Position numbers and translations under genes: made by a program. From the NCBI RefSeq assembly GCF_009914755.1, contig NC_060927.1: 64,000 nt of DNA. One strand, given 5' to 3'. Shown piece by piece: positions 46,969 to 59,751 of this stretch. Below the pieces are notes generated by a model, which was given only the letters and a program-made list of their open reading frames with translations, was not told where the DNA came from and searched no databases. Every line of letters begins with the position of its first letter. Within the stretch, counting starts at the first letter, position 1. The stretch comes from the human T2T-CHM13v2.0 reference genome, Homo sapiens.

Positions 46969-47994
46969 GGGCAGCTTTGCAGATAATACAGGTTTTTATA
47001 TTATTCAGTAGAATGCCATTTATTGACAAAATGATAACATGAGAAAGTGTTTGCATTATTTTTCATCACTTGAATTTTCACACCATACAACAGCTGCCTG
47101 TCAAAATGAATGTGATATCCTCACCTAACACTGTGCCAGTAAAAGAAATGATAGAGGAGCAAGAAAGTCCACTTAGTACTGTGCACCAAACTCTATGAGT
47201 AATTGACTGTTGCCGGCTTGAGTGATACACACAAAACCCTTGGAAACAGCAACCTTATTTTCACTGCTAGGTCTACCTAAGGACCATTTCAGATAAACAC
47301 CCCTCAATAGTTTTAAAGATTTGGCATTTTGTTCACAATTTTCTAGATGATTAATGTGTTTCATTGGGAGCTCTAAAGGAAAGAGACTTCTGCTTTCTCT
47401 GGGGAATGCCTCTTTATACCACCTTTCCCTTTCTTATCCTATTTGGATGTCATTATTCAATGTTTGCATTCACTTCTGATATCATGTTACCTTATTGGGC
47501 TGGTTTTGTCTTCCAGAAATCAGTCACTGTACTTCCTTTGATGGGGCTGTTGACCCACGAGGCATGGAATTTTGAAGTGACCATTTTGAAGTAGTCATTT
47601 TAATGTGTCCTGACAGCTACTGGCATTTTTGATCTTCACCTTATCTCTCACTGGATCTTTGAGGGTCAATGCTTTCTTCAGTGTATCGCTCAGGCTCTTG
47701 CGAGGTGTGAGTCAGAAATGAAATACAGGTATGGGATGGGTGAAGGTGTCTGCTGTGCACATTATGTGTCAAGAAGCAAAGCTATAAACTTAATAGTTTC
47801 TTTTTCAGGCAACATCAAAGGGCACCTTCTTCAAAAGAGCCTTAACAAATGCCTGTACCATGTAGGCTACTACTATGACATCTGTTTTTGTTGTTATTTC
47901 TTTCTACTATTATCTTTATTTAAACACTAATTGCTTCTCTATTATAGAATTGGAATCTTTTTATCTGTTGTAGATTTAGAGTTCTACCTTTGCC

Positions 47995-48140
47995 TTATTT
48001 ATTTAACAAATATTTATTGAGTAACTACCTTGGAGCAGGCATTATTCTAGGTAGTTGGCACATATCAGGGAACATAACCAGCAAAATTTCTTGCCCTTTG
48101 AGAGCTTACATTCTAGTAGGGGTTAGATATACAATAATAT
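47995..48140 (-). mobile_element. L2 3' end
   Basis: 'atttaacaaatatttattgag', 'gagcttacattctagt'. Confidence 0.75.
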
Positions 48141-48189
48141 ATTGAGGACTAAGCAGGCTGAAATTTCTTTACTATCTGCGGATCTTGGG

Positions 48190-48324
48190 CAGAGCCTGCA
48201 TGGACAGCTGTGCATTTTGTGCCCTACACAATTCCTGGGTGTGCCATTCACCTATTGTCCATGTGAATGGCACTGCCTAGAATTGTGTCATGGACAACCT
48301 GTGCAGCCCTGGGTGGTAGCCCTG
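48190..48324. mobile_element. MER91A-like palindromic hAT-Tip100 MITE
   Basis: Central stem gtgccattcac...gtgaatggcac; 'acaacctgtgcagcc', ends 'agccctg'. Confidence 0.85.
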
Positions 48325-49589
48325 GTGTTGCACCAGGTTTAGGCAGAGGTAACAGCCTTTGGTTCAGTCTCATATGGCCTCCTGAGAGTGAATAGGCCTG
48401 AGTTTTCTGAGGGATTTGGTTGAAAGATTGGTGAAAATTAGCACAACTGAGCACTTCAGTGGTTACAACTAATATAATTAACAGTTGATTGCAATGAAGC
48501 ACAGAGTCGATTTAATAATAAATGATATCAGAGCAGATTAGACCTTTCAAATCTTCCTATATCCTGTTAGGAAACATAATCAAGTTTGTTGCATGGTTAA
48601 GTTTTCTGTCTAGTGTGAGATTCTTTTATTAATAGTTACCCTTACCAGACTTTTACCAGGAAACACATCACTCTAAACTTAATTACAAAACTGCCTTTAT
48701 CAGGTGATATCACCTGGATCTAACATTCATGTTCCGAGGAGAATTTCTTATTGCCCATTAAATATCATCATGCTGTAGCACTCAAACGTTATATGGTGTC
48801 TACTAGATAGGCTCTTGCCAGTCACTGTCCACTGATGTTATGACGCTCACAGGAAGCTATTCACTAGCTTACCCACGCCAGAAGGATTGACCTAAGTAAT
48901 GGGGCCATGGCTTACCACATTTACGTACAAGAGACAGTGCCTGATATTGGGACATGTTCATGTAAATGAACTTTCTCTTGGAGCTTTTATTTTCTGGTTC
49001 TATTTTCTCAATTCTCCAAAAATAGATTATCAGGAATATCTAAACTCAGAACAACTGCTTATCCTTTTTTATATGTTTATATGTTTGTTTTCCTGTGAAG
49101 TTCCTCATAGAGAGTTGAATGAATGAGCAAAGAATGCAAAGAGAGTTGTTCCATTGAATGCGAAGTACAAGAGGTTATGTCAATGTTCAAAACTGAGAGG
49201 TTTGTGGTTACAATCTAAGCCAGCAAATAGAGTAGCTGAAAATTTAACAGAAATACGTAAGTGAAGAGGCCTATTAGAAACTGTTACCTCAATTCGAATA
49301 TGTGACATTTTGATGTAGGTTAAATAAACGTACTAGGAGAAGCAAGTCACCCAAGCAAGTTGGTGGAGGTGGGGAAAAGAGGTTTTGGAGAACATAGAAA
49401 CCCTTTCTGGCAAGTTATAACTTATTTACTTTAGTGTTAGTAATTTCGTTTTGCTTTCTTTGAGTTGGAGGATGATAAATTGTTTTGGAGAGGAAGTGTT
49501 TTTACTGGCAGTCAATTCAGTGAGTAAATCATATCATGAATTCTTTTATACTTAAGTAAAATTGGATAATATATAATAATATCTTTAGC

Positions 49590-49845
49590 TGGGAGGCAGT
49601 ACAACTTAGTGGTTAAGAACATAACCTTTTGAGTGAGATAGAGCTGGGTTTGTGCTTTAACTCTGCTAGTTATTTTTGATTACCTTTGGCATTAACTCTG
49701 AGCCTAGTCTTTTCATTTATAAAGTAGAAATTTTAGTCCATAATGTAGGTATGTTCTGTGGATGAAGTCAAGTAATATAAGGCACCAACTCCAGTGCTTG
49801 ACTCAAATGACATGCTAAGTTGTTGCAATTACAACTATTTACTTA
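49590..49845 (+). mobile_element. MIR SINE
   Basis: 'tagtggttaaga', 'ctctgagcctagtcttttcatttataaa'. Confidence 0.75.
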
Positions 49846-51848
49846 TTTGGAGATACATTTAGTAGTTTTAAAAAATAATCCCTTTTTATCAAGGAACAAA
49901 TTAGGCAGATTATACCTTTTTGTCTATGACATGAGCAGATTATAAAATATGGTTAAAAGTTTGAATAAATTTGCTAATCAAAAAGGACTGGTTTTTCTTG
50001 GTGAAAAGAGTTTTTAAATAGTTCTTTTAATTATTGCCTTATGCCAATACCAGAAAATCATACATTTGATTGAAGTTTTGTACTTTATTGTCATATAATT
50101 GAACTTTTAGAAGTGCTTGCTTGTATCTCTATTTTGATTTTTAATTTTGCCACTGATTTTTTAAGTCCTTTGTATTCACAATTTAATGCTATTATACATT
50201 TAATAAGTTAATATAGTATGCCTTTAATTTCATTAACTTATCGCTATGGGTTGCTTTTCTTTTTTTCTTTTTAAAATTTCAGGTTGAATGGTTAACATTG
50301 ATTTATTTTAATATTTATTTTAAAATAGAAGCAGTTAAATATATAAAATAACATCTAACTTTGGTTCCTTGAATAAGCACTGGAAGATAATTTTTTAAAT
50401 GTTCCATTTTCGCTAGTCTATATTATTTCCTTTGATGCCTTATTTTGTGGTTCCTATGGTTTTATTGTTATTGTCTCTGATATTTGTTATTCAATATTCA
50501 AATGCATTTTAAACTTGTAGTTATATTATGCTGCTTACAGAAAATGCAGCCTAAAACCTTGTTGTTCAGGTATAGTTTTTTTTCTGTTTTTCTTTTTTCA
50601 CCTGCGTGGTATGATAAAGGTTAAATCTTAGTCATGTTTTAGCATATTTGTGAAAGAATTTCCTGCCTGTGTTGTTTGAGTGAGGTGAGGAATTCAGTTA
50701 CACATGTAAACTACTTTTTATAAAATATGTATTTAAGTAATTATTAGCATACCTAGTAATCTTTTTTCCTTACTATTACAAATATTTTAAAGGGAGAAAG
50801 CGTCTGGATTTATTAAGGACAATAGCTGGAGTATTAGAACATTCTAAATTATTTTTATTTTTATTTTATTATACCTTTCATTTTTATATTTTATATGATT
50901 TGCCCTCTATCATAAAAATACAATGAAAAAGGCACAGAAAATACAATTTGGAAATTTCTATATTCTGTTTTCTCCAGTAACATATTTTTTTTCTTCTAAA
51001 GGGCCTTCATGTCACACTTTTGAAAACAATTAAAAGTTTTTTTCTCTTTTCTTATATATTCTTTAATTTTATTTATTTCTTTAAAAACATTATTTTAAAA
51101 ATAGCTACAATGTTTATACCAGATCTAAACCCTGTTGCCTGTTTTCTTACTATAGATGTTAAAAATCTTTTGGGTTTTCAATAACCAAATTTTAGGTCAT
51201 AGAGGCCTCCATATTTTTGGCATAAGATAGTTATATATGCTTTTTCACAAATAATACAATATATAATATTAGATGCCCATCTTTAGAAATTGCATATCAA
51301 TGATGAAATTTTCTATGAATTAATATTTAAAACAAGAAGTAATCTGTTATGTCATATCCATCAACTCTTTCAGCAAAATTGTAACTCTTACAGACACTCA
51401 TGTACACAAACACACATGCATGTACATGAAGAGAACTGTACAAATAATACACAAGCTTGTCTCAGAAATATTCTGACTGTGAGTTAAAACAAAGGGAATA
51501 AAAACTTGATATTAGACTTTATCTGCACTCATGGTGCCTGTCAATTTAGAATAGGATCTAATAGGTGACAAAAGTGATATGTAACCAATTTTTATCAGAG
51601 TAAACAAATATAAAGATGTTAAATTGGTGAGAACAGTACTGCCTTGGAGTTCTGAAGGCCTGAATTCTATTTTTTGGTGAACTTGGGTTATTCTGTTACT
51701 TCTCATTTGTGAATAGGTATGATTGGTAATCTTTTATAGGTTAATTGATTGTATTAGTGAAAAAGCAATGCAAAATGCGAGCTAACATAATTCAGTAGGT
51801 TTTTGTCTTAAGGAATACATAAGTTCTATTGAGAAATAAATATTTTTT

Positions 51849-52150
<302 letters not shown>

Positions 52151-52394
52151 AAATACGTATTTTTTATTTCAATTGTTTATGGGTACTTAAAATTGTTAAC
52201 TCATAGTTTTACTATTCCTTTTGTCACAATTTTCCAAGTTATATGTAGGAATCAAGCCTTTTTGTTAAAAGATAATAATTGATAAGTTTCAGTCTGAGCT
52301 TTGTCCAAACTAGAATTAATATACAAATTATGAAGTCTGAATTACTGAATTTCTTCGATGTTCAAATATCTGGGTGTCTATTTCTATTACTTTG

Positions 52395-53330
52395 ATCATT
52401 CATTCATTGTGCTTTCTAAATTAAATACATTCTGCCACCCAACACACTTTTGGGTATCAAGGATATAGATTAGAGGCAAAGCATCTGATCTCTAATGGAA
52501 GAGATATAAACATTTACATTTAATTGAAATACACAAAATTCAGAGTAAAATCAAAGTATAATAAGAGCACCTCCACTGTATCTGAGGAGTTAGGTAAGGC
52601 TTCAAGCTAGAGGTGATCACAGAAGTATATATTGATAGAAAATAACTAGCTTCTATTGAGTGCAATACGAGGTTTTACCCAACAGAAGTGCAGTACTAGG
52701 GACATGGTTGTTACTGAATGAGGAAAAGATAGGGAGGGTAATGTGCTGAGGTACAAAGGCATACAAGAGCATGGCTTGGTTAGGGTGTAGAGAGACACTG
52801 GGTATTGCTAATGTGTCGGGTGCATGAGCTTTGGTAAAGGAATGGCGAAACATGCACATCGTAGAAAGAAGTAAATTGGAGCCTGATCCTAGGGATTTCT
52901 GTGTTTTGCTAAAATGTTTAGATTCCATTCTACACACAAACTAGACCCAAAAGATGCATGGAAGTAGGAGAGTGAAAGCTCTGACTTACTGTTTAGAAAG
53001 GTATCCATGAGTATGGTACAGGGGAAGAAACTACTGGAGTGATTATTGTAAGAATACAAGGTAATCAAACTCTGATGGAATTTTGTGGGGAGACTTAAGT
53101 GGAAAATTTCAGACATTTTTAGGGTAAAACTGACAATGACTAACTGGCTTTGAAAAGTGATGGAGAAATAAGGAAAAGGTTATTCACTTTATGCACATAC
53201 TCAACTGTTCATTCTTACTCTTATCAAACATATGTGATCAGGCATTGCTCTAGGTATGGGAGATACAAAGACAAATCAGACACATTTTTTTTGTCCCTAA
53301 AAAGCTTATTGCTTGGTGTTTTTCTCAGGG
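52395..53330 (-). mobile_element. L2 LINE fragments
   Basis: 'cattcattcatt' 3' end; purine-rich antisense L2 text; second L2 tail at ~53205. Confidence 0.6.
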
Positions 53331-56300
53331 ACATTTTAGTTTTGATGATCATTGGTAATTGATGAATATTTTTCTGATACAAAGGAAATGACTAAGCTTT
53401 CCCAAAATATAGAAATAAATCAGTGGGTTAATTCTAATTATTTTCTTGAAATCTTCAGTCCTTTGTAATTAATATATTCAATGTCATTGGACTAGGATGC
53501 TACTCTCTGTTTCTACCTAAATGACTTAGAAAATAAAAATATGTGTGTAGGGTTTTTCCAGCATAATTTATTACTACATTGGAGAAAAAGAGAAATGTAT
53601 TACCTCCCAGATTTTCACTGTGGTTTTATTTTTAAAAATTGTAGATTTAAATTGAGTGGAGAGGATGTTAATTGGTGTGCAGATTTCAAAAAATTGTCTA
53701 TAATAGGATGCTAATTGGTGTTTTCCTTAAAGAATGAATTTAAGGAAATGTGATTTGAAAAGTGTAGTGCTCTTAATCTCACTGATCCAAGTAGCAGAGA
53801 CTATTGATTAAATAAAATAAGCAGTTTTGATTGTTTAACTGCAGGCCCCATTCTGAGAAACCAGAATTAAATGGTGGTAATAATTACATGACTTAAAACA
53901 TCATAATAACTCTGACCTAACTATAGGTGTACTCTTATAAAGATTAACTCATTAATTTACGTGAATGAAGTCTGCGTTCTGGTATTGATAGGTGCAGACA
54001 GACACAAAATGATATAGTAGGTGAAAGTTAAGGTGGAAACACAAGAGAGGAACCCATGAAACAATTGTGAAATGACCTTGTTCATGTCAGTATCATCTTC
54101 TGATATAAAGTTCTAAAGTGCAATCTGACAGAGAATGTGGCAAAAATCAAACATTAGGATGTTGTGCACTCTAGAGAGTAATTCTAAAAGGTGTTAAAGG
54201 AATTAAAAAATACAGGGATGCCATCAGTCCAGTTCTGAATGGCAGCTAATATATGAAATTATGGAGGAATATGTAAGATGGAATAGCCATATAGTCTGGG
54301 AATAGTGAGAACAAAAATAATGCTGAGACACAGGAGAGTATGAAAGCTGTGTGTGCTGACCTAAAGTGACAGCAGTCATGCAGATAATTACAAAAGAGAA
54401 GGACAGGTGACAGAGAGTGAATGGAAAGAAGGATGGGTCTTGAGAAGTCTATTCAGTAATAGAGGTCCTTGGAGAGACCAAAGTGGCTCTCAGGCCTGTT
54501 AAAGTATAGAAATAGAGAGGAGAAGGTATCCTTGGAATAAAGACAATATCCCACAAGCTAAAAAACTTTTCTCTTTCCTGTTGTTAGTTAATTGAGAGGT
54601 GTGAACCCAATTCAACATCACAGTGGAAGCCTAGTGTATAATCAAAGACAGACAATGGAGTGATCTACCCACGAATTCTGCAAGGACTGAGCTTGAGTTT
54701 GCCATCTGAGATCCTGGGGAAGAGGGCTTAGATGATAGACTCTCCATCCCTTTAACTGAGAATAAGGTATACTCCATGCTAGTGATGAGACTTTCATAGA
54801 AGTGGTAGCTTAGGCAGAACTATGAACATATCTAGTTAAAGTTTGTGGTGTGTGCCTTCAAGATATACTTAAATTTTTATGTTTAGGGTTCCAGAGAATA
54901 AATGTCTATCTCATATATCAAATATTTCCAGGAGTTATGAGGGGAGAAACTAGCGGTAAGTGGGCAAGAGAAAGCTTTCCATCAACACTTATTTTGCGTT
55001 TTAGAGTACCCAACGTTTAAAGTGATGCACAGTATTGTTAAATTCTTTCCTTTGAGAGCCTCACGTTAGGTAGGTGTACTTACTTTAAATAGTCCAACAA
55101 TGATTGTCCCTTTATTTCTTCCCTCCTCTCAGTTCTAGCTGCTGAAGTGATGGAGAGTGAGAGAGTGGATGAGAGGAGTAATGAGCACATTTCTCTTAAC
55201 TTTGTAAATTTGAAATTCTTTCTTTTTCAGTTTCTATTTCCCCTCTATCACTGAATTTTCATGATTGCCTTATGAAGCAAGTGTCTTAAGACCTCTTCCA
55301 TTGGGTACACTTATGAGTTATTCACAAGCCTTTCCATTATCTCTCTACTGTACTCTTTTCACTATCCCACTTTCCTTGCTTCCAGTACTATTCCTCTAAC
55401 CCACAGCTCCTAGTTGTTGGAATCCCTTTGCCCTGCATATGGCCTTCTTATATGGGATTATAACCAATAGATACTACCTTAGCTACCCTCTGTGGCATTC
55501 ATGTGGTCCATCAGAAGCTCATAAATTCTCACCATGTCAAATGGTGGAAATGTGCCCTATCATAGTTCTACCATCTCTCTGCAGTCCTCTTTCTCTACTT
55601 CTTAGGTAGACTCACGTGCAAATCTGCTGGCTAACTGCCCAAATAGACATCTAACTAGGGAATGAAAATGCCTGAATCCCTTTCCTGAGGGGACCCCTTA
55701 GAGTTGGTCAGCCATACCTTCACATCTTGACTTCGAGGAGAAACAACAGCCTTTAATAATGAACCAGTACATCCCAGAAGACAGAGGACTTGAGGACAAC
55801 CCTGTTTCTTCACAGATTCTACAGAGGAAGTGTCACGATAGTTGGTAGTTGCAGTGACAGTTTGGCCTCATCTTACTAAGTACATGTCTTTTTCCTGCTT
55901 TAGCAGACCCATGGGGAGTTTTCTTTAAATGGGGGAATACTTAGCATCTTTGGCAGTTCTGCACCAAGAGGAAAAGTCACATGACATGCTGTTGCAGGTA
56001 CATACTTACATACACACCTACAAATACAGTAGATTCTGAACATCTTCAGCTATTTTAATCACAAAAGTAATAGAAATGTAAACTTCTAAGTAATGAGAGA
56101 TCATGCTCTCAGAGAGCCTTGGCTTTTCACTTTGCCCAACCTCAGGTTAAAACCTTATGATTACACTTTATCTGGATTTAATTTAATGATTTTACATACT
56201 TGGCTGTTGGTTTTTACTTCAGTTCTCACAAACGGAAAAGTTAGGCTGTTCTGCTTGTACCCTTGGAAATGACAACTGTCAGTAAAAGATGGACACATGT

Positions 56301-56404
56301 CTTCGCACAGTTCCTGAGTGCCACTGTTATGAGTATAATCTGTTTAGAAAAATAGGAAAGTATACATAAAAATGCTTTACTAGTATATATATACATATAT
56401 ATGC

Positions 56405-56790
56405 TTTAATGACCCTATTGAGATAATTTATATAATATGATATTCATGTATTTGAAGTATGCAGTTCAGTGGTTTTTATTATATTCACATAGTGCAACCA
56501 TTATAACAATTTAATTTTAGAACATCTTTCTCACCTCCCCTAAAAAAAATCCCACATCCATTAGCAGTCACTCCCCATCTCCTCATAACTCTAGCCTCTG
56601 CAAACCACTAATCTACTTTCTGTCTCTATAGTTTTGCCTATTCTGGATATTCATAAAAGTGGAATAACAATACAATATGCAGTCTTTGTTGGCTGGCTTG
56701 TTTCAGTTGGCATGTGTTTTCAAGTTTCATCCATGATATAGCATGTATCAGTATTTTATTAATTTTACTGCTGAAAAATATTACAAATCA
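56405..56790 (-). mobile_element. Old L1 3' end (L1MB-like)
   Basis: 'attgagataattta', 'accactaatctactttctgtctctata', 'tttgcctattctgga'. Confidence 0.85.
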
Positions 56791-56804
56791 CTTGTAAAAC
56801 CTTT

Positions 56805-57180
56805 CTATTGCAAGTTGGGTTCTCCAGGAAAAATTGTAGAAATGCAGTTAAGCATGCAAATGTTTTATTAGTAAACCAATGGCTTGTTAAAGGAAAAGAG
56901 TGGAAGCAGGATTGAATAAGTCCCTCAGGCCACAGTGCAGATCTCCCCACAGGGTCCTCCAGAACAAAGGTTGTCCACTGGAGGAATCCTCCACTGGGAG
57001 GAAATGACCAGGCTTTTGTAGTCCTCCCTTGCACAGTTGTTGGCCAGGACTTGCCCTGATAATAAGGTGACCTCAGCTGGAATTTGAGGCAGAACCAGAT
57101 AAAGTTATCAGCTGTTACCTCACCACATTCCTTGCAGCTGGACACGAAGTCTTTCCGTAAAGGGCAATCTGAGTGTTATA
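56805..57180 (-). mobile_element. ERVL LTR (LTR16-like)
   Basis: 'aagttgggttctccagga', 'gaagcaggattg', 'gaaatgaccaggctttt'. Confidence 0.6.
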
Positions 57181-59751
57181 CGTAACAAATATGGCTAAAA
57201 TAAGCACCTCTGAAAAACAGCTTTAGTTATCTGGACATAGACACTGAGGATGCTGACTTTAAAATGTCCTACTATTGCATATTTATTTGTTGTCTTCTTT
57301 CCCACAGCAGTTTTTTGAAGCAGAAGCTGTTACTGTTTTCCTTTTATGTCAACTTTCTTCAAATAAGAATCTTTATACACAATGGGAACTCAATAAATGT
57401 TGTTGGTTGACAAGCCTAGCCAAGCAAGACAAATATTTCTTATTTAAACCTGAAGTTTTTCTCTTTTGGCATGCAATAAAACAGCCCAATACCTCCCTAA
57501 CATCAACAATACTCTAAGAAGTTCTGTAGGATTACAAAATGCATGAAAATTGGCCTGAGGCTGTTGAGTGACTTCGCAAAGTGTATACGATCTGGGTAAT
57601 GATATCAGAAATAGAAACCATGACCACTCACAGCACACTCATCCAGCAGTGAATGGCCCTGTTTAGGTAATAAACTTTACAGACTCACAATTCTGTAAAC
57701 GCCACACCTCCACAGTTCCAGAGACACTTCTTATTGAAATCTTATGAATAACATTGAGCCATATACTCTATCGAGTCCCTGGGTGGTGCCTGAAACCTTC
57801 CCAAATTCTGCATACCTCATTGTGAATTAGGAAACTAATCTGTACTCCATTAGCCATGAAATTTGCCACTTAGAAAACTACATATTCATAATTTGGGAAC
57901 TTGTAATGATACATTATAACTGACAGATGATCAGTTATATTGCTCAGGCACATATTGCTTTTAGTTTTACTTATTGAAGATAGAAGATATTTCACTTATT
58001 TTCATGAAGAATTCTTATATACTTTTTACGAATCATGGTGGCAGTGTGATAAAATTAAGAAATTCCATTGATTCTGTTATGAATAACTTCATTGCTCACC
58101 ATGCATGACAAAGCTGCATTGTTTGCACATAATACACATATTTAAAGGCATAATTCAGTTCCGAGTGCACAGAACATTGTGTGACCATAGAGAAAGCCTT
58201 TTAAAAATTCTTCCCTTAAATTCTTTTGGGGTAAAATCAATGGCAACAGCATTGGGAAGTAGTGGAAAGCTATATATAATGAGTAATTAACTAAGTTTAT
58301 TGCTTTATAGACTTTAATTTTAATCACAAGAATAAGTAAAATGACTGTGTGCATTTGTCAACTATCATAATCTTTTCAAGGGACAGAATACAACAATTTC
58401 CTCCTTGATATTTTGGACACCAGCCCAGAAACCACTGTCTAATCACCTTGTATGGAATTCCTCTTTCTAAAATATACATTAAATCAGCAGAATATTTTGA
58501 ATGACATGTGCATGTATTTTATAGTTCATTTTAATTAAAATGTAGGTAATGTGTAAAAAATCATACCACCTTTTGCCACCAAGTGTCCTTCTTCCTCTGT
58601 TCTAACACAAATAAAGTCATGAAAATTATAAGTAAAACTGGATTTCAAGACCCTAAAATGATTTAAAAGTTTGAAAATATTTTAAAAATGTATTTCTAGT
58701 TGGAACCTAATTGTAATTGGTTTTAAGATACTTTTGAACTGGTTATATATCATCAAAATTTCTGGTCTTTAGAGGAGGCCTTGCTACAATTTTTACTTAA
58801 AAAGTTCATCAGCTGTTAGAGGGGGATAAACAAAAGTACATATCTTGAAGATGATGAAAGTCACTTTCTTAATAATTTAATGTAGACATGAATAATGCTA
58901 CATATCTGCAGTGGGAACACACTAACATGGCTGTTAAATTGCACTATTCTTTCTGTCTGGATGAGAAGATTTCCTTAATGACTTAAAAGAAATGAAAAAT
59001 ATAGCCAACAGATATCTCAATTCTGAACTGGCTCTGTTCAACAAGGAGCTTAGTTCATCTACTGTTTCTACTGAACCTCTCCTTTCCACATATACATGCA
59101 TAAGCAAACCATCCTCTATCTTCATGGTTCAAGTCTTCATTGTCAATTTTCTTGTGAAAAGTTGGCTGGCAACTATAAGGAAAATCAAGCTAGTCTTTAG
59201 AATATCAGAAAGTCATCTAAAAATGCACATAGAGTACAGTATTAGGAATAAATATGCATATCTTTTAGGGATGATATAGTACTAGCATTCCAATGCTATG
59301 ACAATTACACAGATTTTAAAACTTCTATTTCATGAATACTTATTATATGCCTACTGGTATTATGCTAGATACTATGCTATGTCCCAAGTAGAGAGACATT
59401 CTAGACTTTCCATGATCTCAAAATAATGTTGAACTCTGTCCTCAATGCCAAAGTTTAGGATGGACTCTAAGTTTTAAGTGTCCATAATAAGGGAGGGCTT
59501 GGAACTTATCTTGATTAATGGGGATATTCAGCTTGGTCAAGATAAAACTTCTCATCATATAATATGTCATAAGACATGTGATATCTATTATACACAAGCA
59601 GGCAGAACCTTAGGGTAATTATGAAGGGTTTACATGATGAAGAGCCTCATTTCAAGAACTAGTACAAAATTGTTCAACTTTGAAAGAGGGATTTTTATTC
59701 ATTCCACAGAGATTTACTAGGGCTACTCTGCACCAGGTTTGGGTTAGGATG

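Noticed and set aside
48701-48716. Perfect 16-bp palindrome caggtgatatcacctg with two E2-boxes
   Set aside because: About one palindrome with 8-bp arms is expected by chance in 64 kb; no other support.
58934-59279. Overlapping 95-aa and 63-aa ORFs in unique DNA
   Set aside because: No recognisable homology, Kozak context or convincing splice pair; lengths are within chance range.
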